Below, piece after piece: positions 12,901-25,263 of a stretch of 64,000 nucleotides of DNA. Made by a program: the position numbers and the translations under genes. The DNA lies in contig OZ251255.1 in the NCBI GenBank assembly GCA_965240325.2, positions 124,001-188,000 on the forward strand. The letters are read 5' to 3'. The first letter of the stretch is position 1. Each line of letters begins with the position of its first letter. A model generated the notes under the pieces. It did no database searches, was not told where the DNA came from, and saw only the letters and a list, made by a program, of their open reading frames with translations. The stretch comes from Rebecca billardiae RCC1528. Lineage: Eukaryota; Protista; Haptophyta.

Positions 12901-15318
12901 GCCCGCCGCCGCCCTCGCCGCCGCCGTCCCCGCCGCCAAGTCCTCCGCCGCTCGCGCCGCCGCCGTCGCCACCGCCGTCGCCGTCGCCGAGCCCGCCTCC
13001 GAGCCCGCCGCCACCGTCGCCGCCGCCGTCGCCGCCGCCCTTGCCGCCGCCCGCGCCGCCGCCGAGCCCGCCGCCGCCCTCGCCGCCGCCCTCGCCGCCG
13101 CCCTCGCCGCCGCCCGCGCCGCCGCCCGCGCCGCCGCCCTCGCCTCCGCCGAGCCCACCGCCCTCGCCGCCGTCTCCGCCGCCGAGCTCGCCGCCCGCGC
13201 CGCCGCCATCCGCGCCGCCGGCGCCGCCGCCGAGCCCGCCGCCGCGCCCGCCGCCGCGCCCCTCGCCGCCGCCCTCGCCGCCGCCCGCCGCGCCGCCGTC
13301 GCCGCCGCCCGCGCCGCTGCCGAGCCCGCCGCCCTCGCCGCCGCCGCCGCCGCCGGGCGCGCCGCCGGGCGCGCCGCCGGGCGCGCCGCCGTCGCCGCCG
13401 CCCGCGCCGCCGCCGAGCCCGCCGCCGAGCCTGCCGCCGCGCCCGCCGCCGCCGGCCTCGCCGCCGCCGCGCCCGCCGCCGCCGTCGCCGCCGCCCGCGT
13501 CGCCGCCGTCGCCGCTGCCCTCGCCGCCGCCGCCGCCGCCCGCGCCGCCCTCGCTCGCGCGCGCGCAGCTCGTCTCGCTCCAGCCCGCGTCCGCGCCGGC
13601 CGGCGGCGGCGGCGCGGGCGGCGGCGAGCCGACGGCGGTCACGCTGCGCGGCTCCGGGCTGGCGGCGGGCGGCGGCGGTGCGGAGTGCGTCTTTGAGCCG
13701 CTGCCGAGCGCGGGCGGCGTCGGCGCGCCGGGCCCGGTGCTCCGCTCGGCCGCGACGCTCGCGCCGGGCGGCGCCGAGGCGACGTGCGACCTGCCGCCCG
13801 CCGCGCGCGCCGGCCGGTACGCAGCTGTGCTCTCGCTCGGCGGCGGCGCGCGCGAGGTGCGCACGCTGTTTGGCGACGAGATTGCAATCTCGGTGTACAA
13901 CGCGAGCGGCGTGGGCCTGCGCCGCGTGGCTCCGGACGCGTGCCCCGAGTCCGGCGGCGCGGTGCTCGAGCTCGAGGGCTGGGGCTTCGCCGACGCCGCG
14001 GCGGCGGGCGACCTCTGCTGCGTGCTGCCCGCGCTCGTGCGCGCGACGGGCGAGCCGTGCACGGCGCGCGCGCGCGCGCTGGTGGGCGCGCCCGACGGCG
14101 CGGCGCGCGCGGCGTGCGTGCTGCCGCCGCTGCCGGTGGCGCTGCGCGCGGCGGGCGGCGCGCGCGCCACGCTCCCGCTCGCGCTCGAGCTCTCGCTCGA
14201 CGGCGGCGCGCCTCGCTCGACCACGGCCGGCGTCGCCGCGGCCGTCGCCACGGGCGGCGGCATCCGCTACTACGCAGCGCCGCGCGTTGTCGGCGTGGCG
14301 CCCGCGTCCGGCGCGGCGGCGGGCGGCACGGAGCTGACGGTGCACGGCGCGGGGTTCGGCGCGCTGGGCGACGGGGGCGGCGCGCCGCACCCGCCCGGCC
14401 TCGCCTTTGCCTTCGCCCCCGCCGCGCCCGCGCCCGCGTCCGCCCTCCCTCAGGCGGTGCCGCAGTGGGCAAACGACAGCGCGGCGCTGCTGCGCAGCCC
14501 GCCGGGCTCGCAAGGGGCGGCGCGCGTGGGCGTCTCGCTCAACGGGCAGCAGTTCCACTTCGTGCAGGAGGCGGAGGAGGGCGGCGGCGCGCCGTCGTAC
14601 GAGTACGTCGGGCTGCGCCCGCCCGCGCTCGAGGCCGCCTTCCTCGACCCCCGCGGCTCGTCGGTGGCGTTCTCCTTTGGAGCGCAGCGCACCGACCGCG
14701 CTGCCATGGCGAGCGGACTGGGCGGCTGCGAGGGTGTGCTGGACGCGCCGACGGTGGCGGCGGTGCGCGGCGCCGACGACGCGCCGCCGGCGTGCTACTG
14801 GCGCGACGACTCGACGCTCGTCGCGCTGCTCGGCGCGCGCACGCGGCTCGCGCCCGGCGCGACCGTCGGCGTGCGCGGCGGCGCGCTCGCGCCCGCCGCG
14901 TGCGCGCCCGCGCCGTGCGCCGAGCCGTCGCTGCGCTCGGCGGCGGCGAGCGTCGCCATCGACGCGGACGCGCCGTGCGCGCCCGCGCCGTGCGAGCCGC
15001 CACGCGCCGCGCTCTCCGGCCCCGCCACCCTCTCCGACTGCGCCGCCGAGGCCGCCGTGTTTGACGGCACCGCCTCGGCCGGCGGCGGCGCGCGCCCGCT
15101 CGCGTACGCGTGGCGCGTTGACCCGGCGGCCTCGGACGACGCGGCGGGCGCCGAGGCCGTGAACGCGCTGCTGGCGGGGCTGGCGCCGAGCACGGGCGTG
15201 CTCACGCTCGGGCCGGGGGGCGACGCGCCGCTCCCCGCGCGCGGCGCCTTTGTCCTCGCGCTGCGCGTCGCCGCGTTCACCGGCGCCACGTCGGACGCCG
15301 CGCGGCTGCGCGTCGAGC

Positions 15319-15355
<37 letters not shown>

Positions 15356-15537
15356 GCCGCCGCCGCCGCGCGTGGCCATAGTCGGCCCGGCGCGCGCGCG
15401 CACGGCGGCGGCGGCGGCGCTGCTGCTGCAGGCGGAGGCGACGCGCGCGCCGTGCGCGCCGCCCGCCGCGGAGGGCGCGCGCCTCGCCTTCGCCTGGCGC
15501 GTCGCCTCCGTCGAGCCCGCCTCCAACGGCTCGACGT

Positions 15538-15571
<34 letters not shown>

Positions 15572-18147
15572 GCACGCGCCGCGCGTGCCCGACCTGAGCG
15601 CGCGCGCGGACGACGGCGGCGCGGGGCCGATCGGTGCGCGCGCGGCGCTCTCGCTCGGGCCGCACGCGCTGAGCGCGGGGTACGTGTACACCTTCGCCGT
15701 CGCCGTCTCCGACGCGCCCTCCGACGCCGCCGCCGCCGCCGCCGTCGCCGAGGCCAGCGTGGCGGTGGAGGTGATTCGTCGCCCGCTGCGCGCCGCCATC
15801 GCGGGCGGGGAGGTGCGGCAGGTGAGCACGGTGCAGCGCGCGCCGGAGGGGGCGGCGGCCGGCGGCAACGGCACGCACGTGGCGGACGCCGCCGCCGCGC
15901 TCGGCCTCGACCTCGGCGCGGGCGCCGAGCTGCTGCTCGACGCCTCCGCCTCCTCCGACCCGAACGAACCGAGCGACGACGCCGGCGCCGCCGACGGCGC
16001 CGCCGCCGACGACGACGCGGCGGGCGGCGGCGGCGGCGGCGGCGACGGCGGTGCGTCTGCGCTGGTGGTGTCGTGGGCGCTGTCGCGCGTGGAGGCGGAC
16101 GGCTCGCACGCCCCCCCGCTCTCGCTCGGCGCCCTCGGCGCGACCGCCTCCGGCCCCGGCGGCGCGCTCCTCCGCCTGAACGCGAGCGCGCTGCCAGCCA
16201 GCGAGTACTCGGCTGTGGCGAGCGTGACGCGGCGCGGCTGCGTGGCCGCGGGCGTGGCGAGCGCGCGCGTCGCGCTGCACGTGGTGGCGGCGCCGACGGC
16301 GCTGCCCAGCGTGGCGCTGCGCCTGCCGGGCGGCGCGCCGCCCAAGCTGCGCGCCACGTGGCACCTCCCCGCGCACCGCGCGCGCCTCGCGGCGCACGCG
16401 CGGCTCGGCGGCGCGTGGGGGCCGCGCGCCTTCAACTACAGCTGGGGCCTCTGGCTGGTCGGAGCGGGGGGCGCGCGCGCGCCCGCGCCGGGCGTGGCGC
16501 TGTCGGACGCGGCGCGCGTGAGCACGACGGGCGCGCGCGGGCCGAGCCTCGCGCTCCGCCCGGGCGTGCTCACCCCCGGCGCGACGTACACCTTCGCCCT
16601 CACCGCCACCCTCGCCGCGCCGGGCACCGAGCGCCTCGCGGCGTCGCTCGGCGTCCTCGGCGCCTCGGCAAGCGCCGAGCTGACACTCGTCGTGAACCGC
16701 CCGCCGCACGGCGGCGGCGTGGAGGTGGAGCCGCGCGGCGGCGCGCCGGCGCTGCAGCCCGCGTTCGCGCTCGCCGCGCCCGGCTGGAGCGACGACGACG
16801 ACGACGACCTGCCGCTCTCCTACGCGTTTGGGCACGCGCCCGACGCCGCCGACGGCGCCGCCGACGGCGCGGCCGATCGCGCGCCCGTGCCGCTGGGCCC
16901 GGCGCGCGCCTCGCCCTTTTTGCGCGGCGTGGCGCTGCCGCCGGGCAACGGCACCGCGGCCGTGCGCGTGTGCGACGCGCTCGGCGCGTGCGCCGAGGCG
17001 CGCAGCCAGCCCGTCGCCGCGTGGCACCCCGCGAGCGCCGCCGCCGCCGCCGCCGCGTTTGAGGCCGCGCTCGGCGCCGCGCACGCCGCCGCGGCGCGCG
17101 GCGACGCGCCGCGCGCGCGGCAGCTGCTCGGCGCGCTGGCGGGCGCGCTGGGCGGCGCGCCGCGCAACGGCACGGGCGCGTCCGCGCTGCTCGAGCTCGC
17201 CGCCGAGCTCGGGGACGCGGCGGGCGCGCCCACGCCCGAGGCGCGCGCGCAGGCGGCCGCGGCGCTCGCGGCGATTGTCGCGGGCGCGGCCGCGCCCGGC
17301 GGCGGCGCGCTCGGCGGCGCGGCGCGCGCGCGCGCGCTCGAGCAGGCGGCGAGCATCGCGGGCGCGGCGGCCGAGTCGGGCGTGGGCTCGCGCGCCGCCG
17401 CCGACCTCGTCCTCGCCATCGACGCCGCGCTCGACGACCACGCCGACGACCACGCCGACGCCGACGCCGACGGCGCCGCCGCCGACGGCGGCGCCGCGCT
17501 CGGTGCGGCCGCGCGCGCGGCGCTGTCGGCGCTCGCGCGCGCGCTGCTCGCCGGAGCCGGCGCGGGCGAGCCGAGCGCGGCGGCGGCGGGCGCGGCGGTG
17601 GCGGTGGCCGCGGCGCGCGTCGCCGCGGCCGACGTGGGCGGCGCCACCGCCGCCGGCGCCGACGGCGCGGGCGGGCTCGTCTCGCTCCCGCCCGGTGTGC
17701 TCGACGGCGCCGCGGCGGCCGACGGCGGCGGCGCGGACGCGGGCGCGCTCGAAGCGCTGCTGGGCGGCGGTGGCGTGGACCTCGTCGTCTTCTCGATCGC
17801 GCGCAACGTGCACGCCGACGGCGGCGGCGCGGTGCCGCCCAACGGCACGTCCGCCGCGCAGCCCCCGCCCCCCGCCCTCGCCTCGCGCGTCTTCTCCGTC
17901 TCGCTCTTCCCGGAAGGTTCCGGGAAGCCGCTGAGCGTGGCCGGGCTGCGGGCGCCCATCCTGCTGGGGCTGCCGGCGGCGCAGCAGCAGGCGCAGCAGG
18001 GCGGGGGCCCGCTGCAGTACGGGCCGAGCGGGGAGTGCTGGGAGTTCAGCCCGCACCCGTGCGACTCGGCCGCCGCCGCCGCGTCGGACGCCGCGTGCGC
18101 CGTGTGCGGCGGCCACGGCACGTGTGTGCGCGCGCCGCCGGACGGCG

Positions 18148-18181
<34 letters not shown>

Positions 18182-19863
18182 GTGCGCGTGCGAGCCCCCG
18201 TACAGCGGGCCTGCGTGCGGCGCGCGCGCCGAGTGCCACTGGTGGGACGAGGGCGCGGCCGCGTGGTCCACCCAGGGCTGCGCCACCGTGCAGGGCCCCG
18301 ACCCCGCCCTCCTCTACTGCGCGTGCAACCACCTGACCGACTTTGCAATGCTGCAGCTGACGCGCACGGGCGCGACCGCCGAGCCGCCGCCGCCGCCGCC
18401 GCCGGCGCGCGCCGCCGCCGCCGCCGCCGGCGGGCTGGGGCACGTGAACACGTTCACGGCGGGGCAGGCGGCGGTGATCCTCGCGAGCCCCGCCGCGGGG
18501 CACCGCGCCAACCGCACCGTCTACCGCGTCGTCTACCTCCTCGCCGCCGCCAACGCCGCGCTGCTGCTACTCGCCGCGTTGTCGGATGCGCGCGAGCGGC
18601 GCGCGTACGCGCGGTGGCGCGCGCGCGAGCTGCACTCGACCGGCGGCGAGCGCGCGCTCGGGCTGCTGACGCACGTGCAGCGCAAGCGGCGGCGCTCGCT
18701 GCGGCGCTCCTCCTCCGAGTCGTCGCTCCTCGGCGCGCTGCCGTGGCGCGCCGCCGCCGCCGGCGCGCGCACGTCGGCCGCCGCCGCCGCCGAGCCGCCG
18801 CCGCCGGCCGGCGCAGCCGCCGGTGGCGGTGGCGGTGGCGGTGGCGGTGGCTCGTGGTCCGGCACGCTGCGCCGGCGCAGCTCCGGCGTGGGCGGCTCGG
18901 TGCGCGCGGCGCTGAGCTCGCCCGCGCTCGGCCAGCGCCGGCCGCGCCGCTCGTGGACGCCCGACCGGCCCACCGCACATCTGCCCACACCTCGGCCGGA
19001 GGTGGCCATGGCGCTGGACGCGCACGCGACAGACGGCGCGGCCGCGACGCGGCGGCGCGCGGCGCTCACGCTGCGGGCGCGGCTGCGGGCGGCGGGCGCG
19101 GCGGTGCTCGACGGGCACACGCTGCTCGCGCTGTGCCTCGCGCCCGCCGAGCGCGCGCTGCGCCGCGCCGAGCTCGTGCAGAGCCTCTTCAACGCCCTCG
19201 CCCTGCAGGCCGTGCTCGCAGCGGCGCTCTACGCACGGCCGGGCGCGCGGGCCGGAGGGGGCGGCGGCGGCGGCGGGCGCGCCGACGAGGGCGGCGCCGG
19301 GGTGGGCGAGATGGTGGGCGCGTGGCGCGGCGCGCTGGGCGGCGGCGCCGACGCCGACGCGCCGCGCCCCGCCGACGACGTCGCGCCGCACCCCGCCCTT
19401 GTCCTCGCCTACGGCGTCGCGGTGGGCCTGGCGGCCGCGCCCGGGCTGTTGCTGTTCAGAGCGGTGTGGCGGTGCGCCGCGCGGCTCGGCGGCGACGCGG
19501 AGCGCGCGCACGTCTCGCGCCGGCTGCTCCGCGCGCTCTCCGCCGTGGCGCGCGCGCGCGCGCACGAGGCGCTCGCGCCCGCGTCCGTCCCGCCGAGCGC
19601 GCGCGGGCCCGCGCGCGGCGGCGCCGCCGCCGGCGGCGGCGGCGGCGACGGCCTGCCGCGCGGCGCGCCAACGACGCCGACTGGCGAGGGCGGCGGGGCG
19701 GCCGGCGCGGGCCGCGCGCCGCGCGCGCCGCCGCCCGCCGCGCCGTGGTTCGAGCAGCGGCCGGGCGAGTCGTTTCTGCAGGGCGCGGCGCGCGCGCGGC
19801 GCGAGGCCGCCGCGCGCCTCGCCGCCGCGGTCGGCGCCTCGCCCTTCGCCTCACGGCCCGGCA

Positions 19864-19903
<40 letters not shown>

Positions 19904-20673
19904 GGGCGCGCGGCTCGGCCGCACGCTGCCGGCGTCAGGCCTCGGGGCCACGGCGCCGCCCAAGCCGAGCGCCGCCGGCGCCGACGAGGCGGCGGCGGAG
20001 GTCGGTGGCGGCGACGGCGGTGCCGCCGCGCCCGACGCCTCGGACGACAGCAACGCCGCCGCCGCGCGCCGCTCGCCGCGCCGCTCGGCCGAGCGCGAGG
20101 CGCGCGCCGCCGACGCGCGCGCCGACGCGGCCGCGTCGCCGGGCGCGCGCGCAGCCGCGTGCGTCGGCTCGCGGCCCAGCACGCCCGGCTCGGCGCGCTC
20201 GGCGCGCCGCGCCGCGGCCGTCGCGGACGGCGGGCCGGCGGCGGGCGCGGGCGTGCGCGCGCGCGCGCGCGCCGACAGTCCCGCGAGCAGCCCGCCGTCC
20301 GCGCGCAGTGGCAGCGGCGCGAGCGCAGATGGGGCGAGCGGCGCGTCGGCGCGCGGCGGCGGCTGGGGGCTCGGCCTGCCGCCCACGCCCGGCGCGCGCC
20401 GCGCGGCCGCGAGCCGCACGCACCCCGACGACGACGATGGCGGCGGCGGCGGCGCGGTGGCGGCGGGCGCGCTCGCATCGCCGCCACTCATGTCACCAAC
20501 CGCCGCCGCCGGCGGCACCGGCTGGCGCGCGCCCAGCCTGCCGCCCACGCCGGGCGCGCGCCGCGCCGCCGCCAGCCGCACGCACCCCGAGGGCGCGGCC
20601 GCGCCGGGGTGTGCCGCCGCGCAGGGCGGCGTGCTCGGCTGGCTGTGGCCGAGCAGGCCGTCCACAGCCGGCA

Positions 20674-20704
<31 letters not shown>

Positions 20705-21327
20705 GAGCGGCGGCGGCGGGAGCGGCGGCGGCGCGCGCGGCGCGCGCCCTCGCGCCGCGGCTTCGCGCACGCACGCCGAGGGCGAGGGCGAAGACGAGGG
20801 GCTCGGCAGGGGCGCGTGCGGCAGCCACGGGCGCAGCACCGCCGCCGCCGCCGCGCGCCGCACGCACCCGAGCGCCGATGGCTCGGGCTCAGAGGCCGAG
20901 GAGGGCGGCGGCGGCGGCGGCGACGGCGGCGACGGCGGCGGCGGCGGCGGCGGCGGCGGGCGGCGCACGCCGCGGCCCGCCGCGCGGGGCGCGCTGCCAC
21001 CGCTCGCGCTCGGGCGCGGCGCGGCGGTCGGCGGCGGCGGCGCTCTCCCGTCTCCGCCCGCGCGCGAGGGCGCGCGCGGCCGCGCCGCCGCGCCAGTGCA
21101 CCTCGTGCGCGGCAGCGCCGCCGCCGCCGCCGCGCCGCAGCCGGCCGCACAGCCGCCGCCCGGCGCCGCCGCCGCCGGCGGCGGCGGCGGCTGGGCGCGC
21201 TCGCCGCTGAGCGCGCGCTGCTCGCCCTTCGAGCGCTCGCCCCGCGCGGCCAAGGTGTCGCCCAAGGAGCTCGCGGCGCACCAGGGGCGGCGGCACGCCG
21301 GGTGGCGCGCCGCGCTCGGAAGCGACG

Positions 21328-21363
<36 letters not shown>

Positions 21364-23018
21364 GCGGCACCACGCGCGGGGCGGCAGCACCGGGCAGCGG
21401 CGGGCGCGGCGCGGACTCGGCCACGGGCCGCGGCGCGCGGTGGCGCGCCGCGCCGCCCGCGCCGCCCGCGCGCGCCGACTCGCGCGGCGCGATCGCTGTG
21501 GTCGCCGCCGCCGCCGCCGCCGCCGCCGCCAGCGACGACGACGACGACGACGACGCCGACGACGACGACGGCGCGCGCGACTCTTGCGACGACGACGACG
21601 ACGACGACGTCGCCGCCGCGCTGCGCGAGGCGGACCTCGCTCTGCTCGGCTCGCCCACCGGGTATGGCGGCGGCTTCTTTGCGCCCGCCGCCGCGCCGCT
21701 GGCGCTCGGCCGGCCGCTCTCGCGCGGGCGCGGCGCGGGCAGCGCCGCGCCCGACAGCGGCGGCCGCGTCGGCGCCGACTCGGCCGCCGCCTCGGAGCTC
21801 GGCGGGCCGGCGCAGACGTTTGGCACGCGCCCGCCTTCGCAGGGCTCGGCGCGCGCGCGCGCGGCCGCGCTGCACAACGCGCTCGGCGGCGGCGGCGGCG
21901 GCAGCCGCGGCGGCAGCGGCGGCAGCGGCGGCGGCGGCAGCGCGGCGCGCATCGCCGCCCTCTCCGCGCGCCTCAGCTCGAGCCCGGAGGGCAGCCCGCC
22001 GCGCGAGCGGCGCGCGGCGCGCGGCTCCGAGCTGAGCGCCGCCTCGGCCGCGTCCGCCGAGCAGCCGCCCGGCGCCGCCGGCGCGTGCGGCGCCGAGGGC
22101 GGCGGCGGCGCGCGCGCGCTCGGCGGCGGCGGTGGCTCGCTCGTGCTCGGCGCGCGGCCGCGGCCGGGCGCGCGCGGCCGGCTGCGCGGCGGCTGGGACG
22201 AGGTGGTGGCGCCGGTGAAGGGCGTGGAGCAGCTGCAGCCGCGCGGGCAGTCGAGGGGCGCGGGCGGCGGCGCGGGCGCGCCGCGCGCGCACCCGCCGCC
22301 GGGCCCGCCGCCGGGGCCGCCGCCGCCCGCGCCGCCCGCGCACCCGCCGCCGCGCGCGGCGGACGGCGCGGCGCCGCCGTCGCCGCGCGCCGCCGCGCCG
22401 CTGCGCTCGGCGCGCGCGCTCCCATCGCTGCTGCTGCCGCCGGCAGACAGCGCGGCGGACGCGACGGCGTGCGCCGACGCGCGCGCGCCCACGACCTTCG
22501 TCGCGCCGCCGCCGCCGCGCGCGCACGCGGGCCCGGGCGGCACGGCCGGCTCCGCGCTCAGCTCCGCGCTCAGCTCCGTGCTTAGCCCGCGCGCGCGCCG
22601 CCGCTCCGCGCGACTCTCGACAGAGTCGGCCTGCTCCGCGCCTAGCTCCGCGCCGGGCAGCGGCGAGGGCCGCAGCCGGCGCGGGTCGGGCGCCAGCCGC
22701 GCCAGCCGCGGGAGCTGTGGCGCCACGCCGCCGCGAGCGCCGCCCGCGACCGCCGCCGCCGCCGCCGCGCCGCCGAGCGGCACGACGGCGCCCGCGCTGC
22801 CGCGCGCGCTGCGCGAGCGCCTGAGGCGCGAGCCTCGCCTCTCCTCCGCCTCCGACTCGGCGGCGTCCGGCAGTGCCGCCGCCTCGCGCTCCAGCACGCC
22901 GCCGCCGCCGCAGCCGCCGCGGCAGCAGCAGCAGCCGGTGCCGCGCGCGGGCATGGACGGCAGCGCGCCGCCGCGGCTGCTGCGCGCGCTCGGCAGCGGC
23001 CGCGCCGAGAGCAGCAGC

Positions 23019-23051
<33 letters not shown>

Positions 23052-24098
23052 GGCGGCGGCGACGGCGGCAGCGGCAGCGGCAGCGCGCGCTCGCGCGTGC
23101 CGCCGATCCCAGCGCAGGACTGGGCGCGCGCGCTCGCCGCCGCGACCGCGGCGCGGCACGCGGCGGGCGGCGCCGCGCCCGGCGCCGAGGCCGGCGCGGA
23201 GGCGCCCGACCCGCTCGCGCGGCCCGACGCGCCGGCGAGCGCGGGCTCGCAGCACTCGGCCGCGAGCGGCCACAGCGCCGCGCACTCCGTCGCGTCGTCG
23301 CTCGCGCGGCTCGCAGCGCCGGACGACGGCGGCGGCGGCGGCGGCGGCGGCGGCGCGCGACGCAGCGGCGCGCTGCCTTGGTCCTCGGCGCGCGGCGGCG
23401 CGGGGGCGCGCGGCGCGACGGCGCGGCGGCTCGCGGCGGGTGCGCAGGCGCTGCTGCGCGCCGAGCTCGCCGCCGTGCGCGTCGCCTTTGCCATGTACGA
23501 CCTGGGCGGCGTGGGCGGCCTCGGCGCCGCCGAGCTCGGCGTGCTGATGGCCGAGGCGGGCGACCCGCTCACGCCGTCCGAGCAGCGCCGGCTGCTGCGC
23601 GCGCTCGACGGCGGGCGGCGCGGCGCGGTGGGCGAGAAGGCGCTGCTCAGCTGGTACGCGCGGCAGCGGCGCGGCGAGCTGGCGCGCGAGGTGGCCGCCG
23701 CCGCCGCCGACGGCGGCGGCGGCGGCGGCGGGCCGGTGGCGCGCTGGCGCCGCGCCGCGTGCGCGCGCGCCGCGCTGCCCGCGCGCGCGTGGCAGGGCCT
23801 CGCGTGGGCGGCCATGCTGCTCTGCTTCGCCGCGCTGTGCGCGCTGCTCATCGTGTACGGCCGCGTGCTCGGCGCCGCCGCCACGCGCGCCATGCTCGGC
23901 ACGTGGCTCGCCGCGCTCGGCCAGACGGGTGCGCTCGAGGAGCCGCTCGCCCTCGTGCTCGCGTACCTGCTGCCCGCGATGGCGGCGGCCGCGCGCAGGA
24001 GCGCGGCCGCGCGCGCGTCCGCGGGCGGGATCGACGCGTCCGCCGCGAGCCTCGTCGCGCGCGCGCTCGACGCGCTGGCCTTTGTCTTCCGCGGCTGA
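1..24098 (+). CDS. Giant polycystin-1 (PKD1)/REJ-GPS-like membrane protein with extensin-like Ser-Pro rod; 5'-partial, >8,000 aa
   Basis: The frame is open from base 3; the ORF track's 'M' at 309 is a TTG Leu inside the repeat. After the repeat come three IPT/TIG-like units (e.g. PRVVGVAPASGAAAGGTELTVHGAGF...SLNGQQF) and REJ-type motifs (LLLDASASSDP, GVLTPGATYTF, VNRPPHGG...F.L.APGWSD..DLPLSYAF, VCDALGA). These are followed by an EGF-like module (CGGHGTC...CACEPPYSGPAC), a GPS motif (CHWWD...WSTQGC...CACNHLTDFAML) and five hydrophobic segments. Stop TGA ends at 24098. Confidence 0.85.
13566..14610 (+). other. Three IPT/TIG-like Ig folds of the PKD1-like protein
   Basis: Three recurrences of the 'v..v.P.s.p..GG..ltl.G.gf' pattern (QLVSLQPASAPAGG, RRVAPDACPESGGAVLELEGWGF, RVVGVAPASGAAAGGTELTVHGAGF), with closing SLDGG/SLNGQQF motifs in the second and third. 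Confidence 0.7.
15000..17030 (+). other. REJ-like region
   Basis: FDGTAS..LAYAW, LDASASSDP, FNYSW, LTPGATYTF, NRPPHGG, GWSD/DLPLSYAF and VCDALGA motifs, as in PKD1/REJ proteins. Confidence 0.7.
18100..18352 (+). other. EGF-like module followed by GPS autoproteolysis motif (H-L|T at 18330-18338)
   Basis: CAVCGGHGTC...CACEPPYSGPAC followed by CHWWDEGAAAWSTQGC...YCACNHLTDFAML, which matches the GPS consensus C-x-W/F...W...GC...C-x-C-x-H-L-T/S-x-F. Confidence 0.9.
23460..23660 (+). other. Degenerate EF-hand-like pair in the large loop of the PKD1-like protein
   Basis: RVAFAMYDLGGVGGLGAAELGVLM...LTPSEQRRLLRALDGGRRGAVGEKALLSW has calmodulin-lobe spacing, but several Ca2+ ligands are missing. Confidence 0.6.
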
Positions 24099-24868
24099 GC
24101 GAGCGGTGGCCGCGGTGCGGGGCCGCTGCCCGGATGCGCGCGTCCGGGGTCGGACGTACCGGGTCCGGTCCGTCCGTGAGGCGGCGCCGCTCCTGATCAG
24201 CTGGGCCGCGATGATGTGATGCCGGCCTGCTAATATATATTGCCTATTGGGCTGACGGGCGCTCGATCTTCAGGCCGCCGCCGCCGGCGTCAGCGGCGGG
24301 CCCGGATGCTGATGGTGTCGCCGCATGTCGTCGCGCGATCAGCAGTAGTCAATAAGTCATCGTAGTCGTCACCACGCACGCGGCGGCCGTTCGCCGACCG
24401 CACGGACTGGTCAGGGCCCGGCGCGGGATAACCGCCCGCGAGTCGCAGCCACTGGCAACGGCCGACCGCCGCGAGTCGGCGCCCCCGGCCAGCCAAGCCC
24501 AAGGCGCCGACACGACCGCTCGGCCAGGCCGATTTGCTTCAGCTCCGCACACCTCCGGGACCGGCTCGCCCGGGCATCAACACCCGGGACGAGCGTGCCG
24601 TCCGGCTTGATGCCCCGCGGCTGGAACGTGGTCGCGTCGTACCCGGCCGGCCACTCGTCGACCATCTCGTTGAACTGCCGCTGCGCCGCGCCGCCCGGAT
24701 TCATCCGCCGGAGGTGATCGTGTCGCCCCGTTTGGCAAACCGCGCCGCCGTTGGCTGCCCCGGCCGGAGCCAACGACCTCGCCAGCGCGGCTCGGGCTGC
24801 CAACCTTCCAGTCCGGGGCCGCCCGGACGACGCTGCTTGCAAGGGGCACTGCGCACTCTGGCGGCGCG

Positions 24869-25225
24869 ATGCCTGACGCGCCATCCGCCGGCGCCGACGA
24901 TGCGCGCGCGGCGCTCAAGGCGGAGCTGCTCGAGCTGATGGGCCGGAAGGACGAGCTGGAGAAGGAGCTCGCCTCCATCGTCGACGCGCTCGGCGCGGCC
25001 GGGATGGGCGGGCTCCGCGAGGCGCTCGTCGACGCCGAGGGCTTCCCGCGCGCGGACGTGGACGTGCACGGCACGCGCGCGCTGCGCCACCGGCACGCGA
25101 TGCTGAACACGGACCACAAGGCGCTGATGGCGACGATCGAGCGGCAGATGCACGCGCTCCACGCGCTGCCCGCGCCGCAGGCCGCCGCGCCCCGCGCGCC
25201 CGCGCCTCGCGCCGCGCCCGCGCCG

Positions 25226-25263
<38 letters not shown>

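Noticed and set aside
12726-23902. Long antisense and alternative-frame Arg/Ala-rich ORFs (e.g. 12726-18503, 18035-22585, 19409-23902; likewise 45120-49607)
   Set aside because: These are shadow ORFs caused by stop-codon scarcity at very high GC; they contain no recognisable domains.
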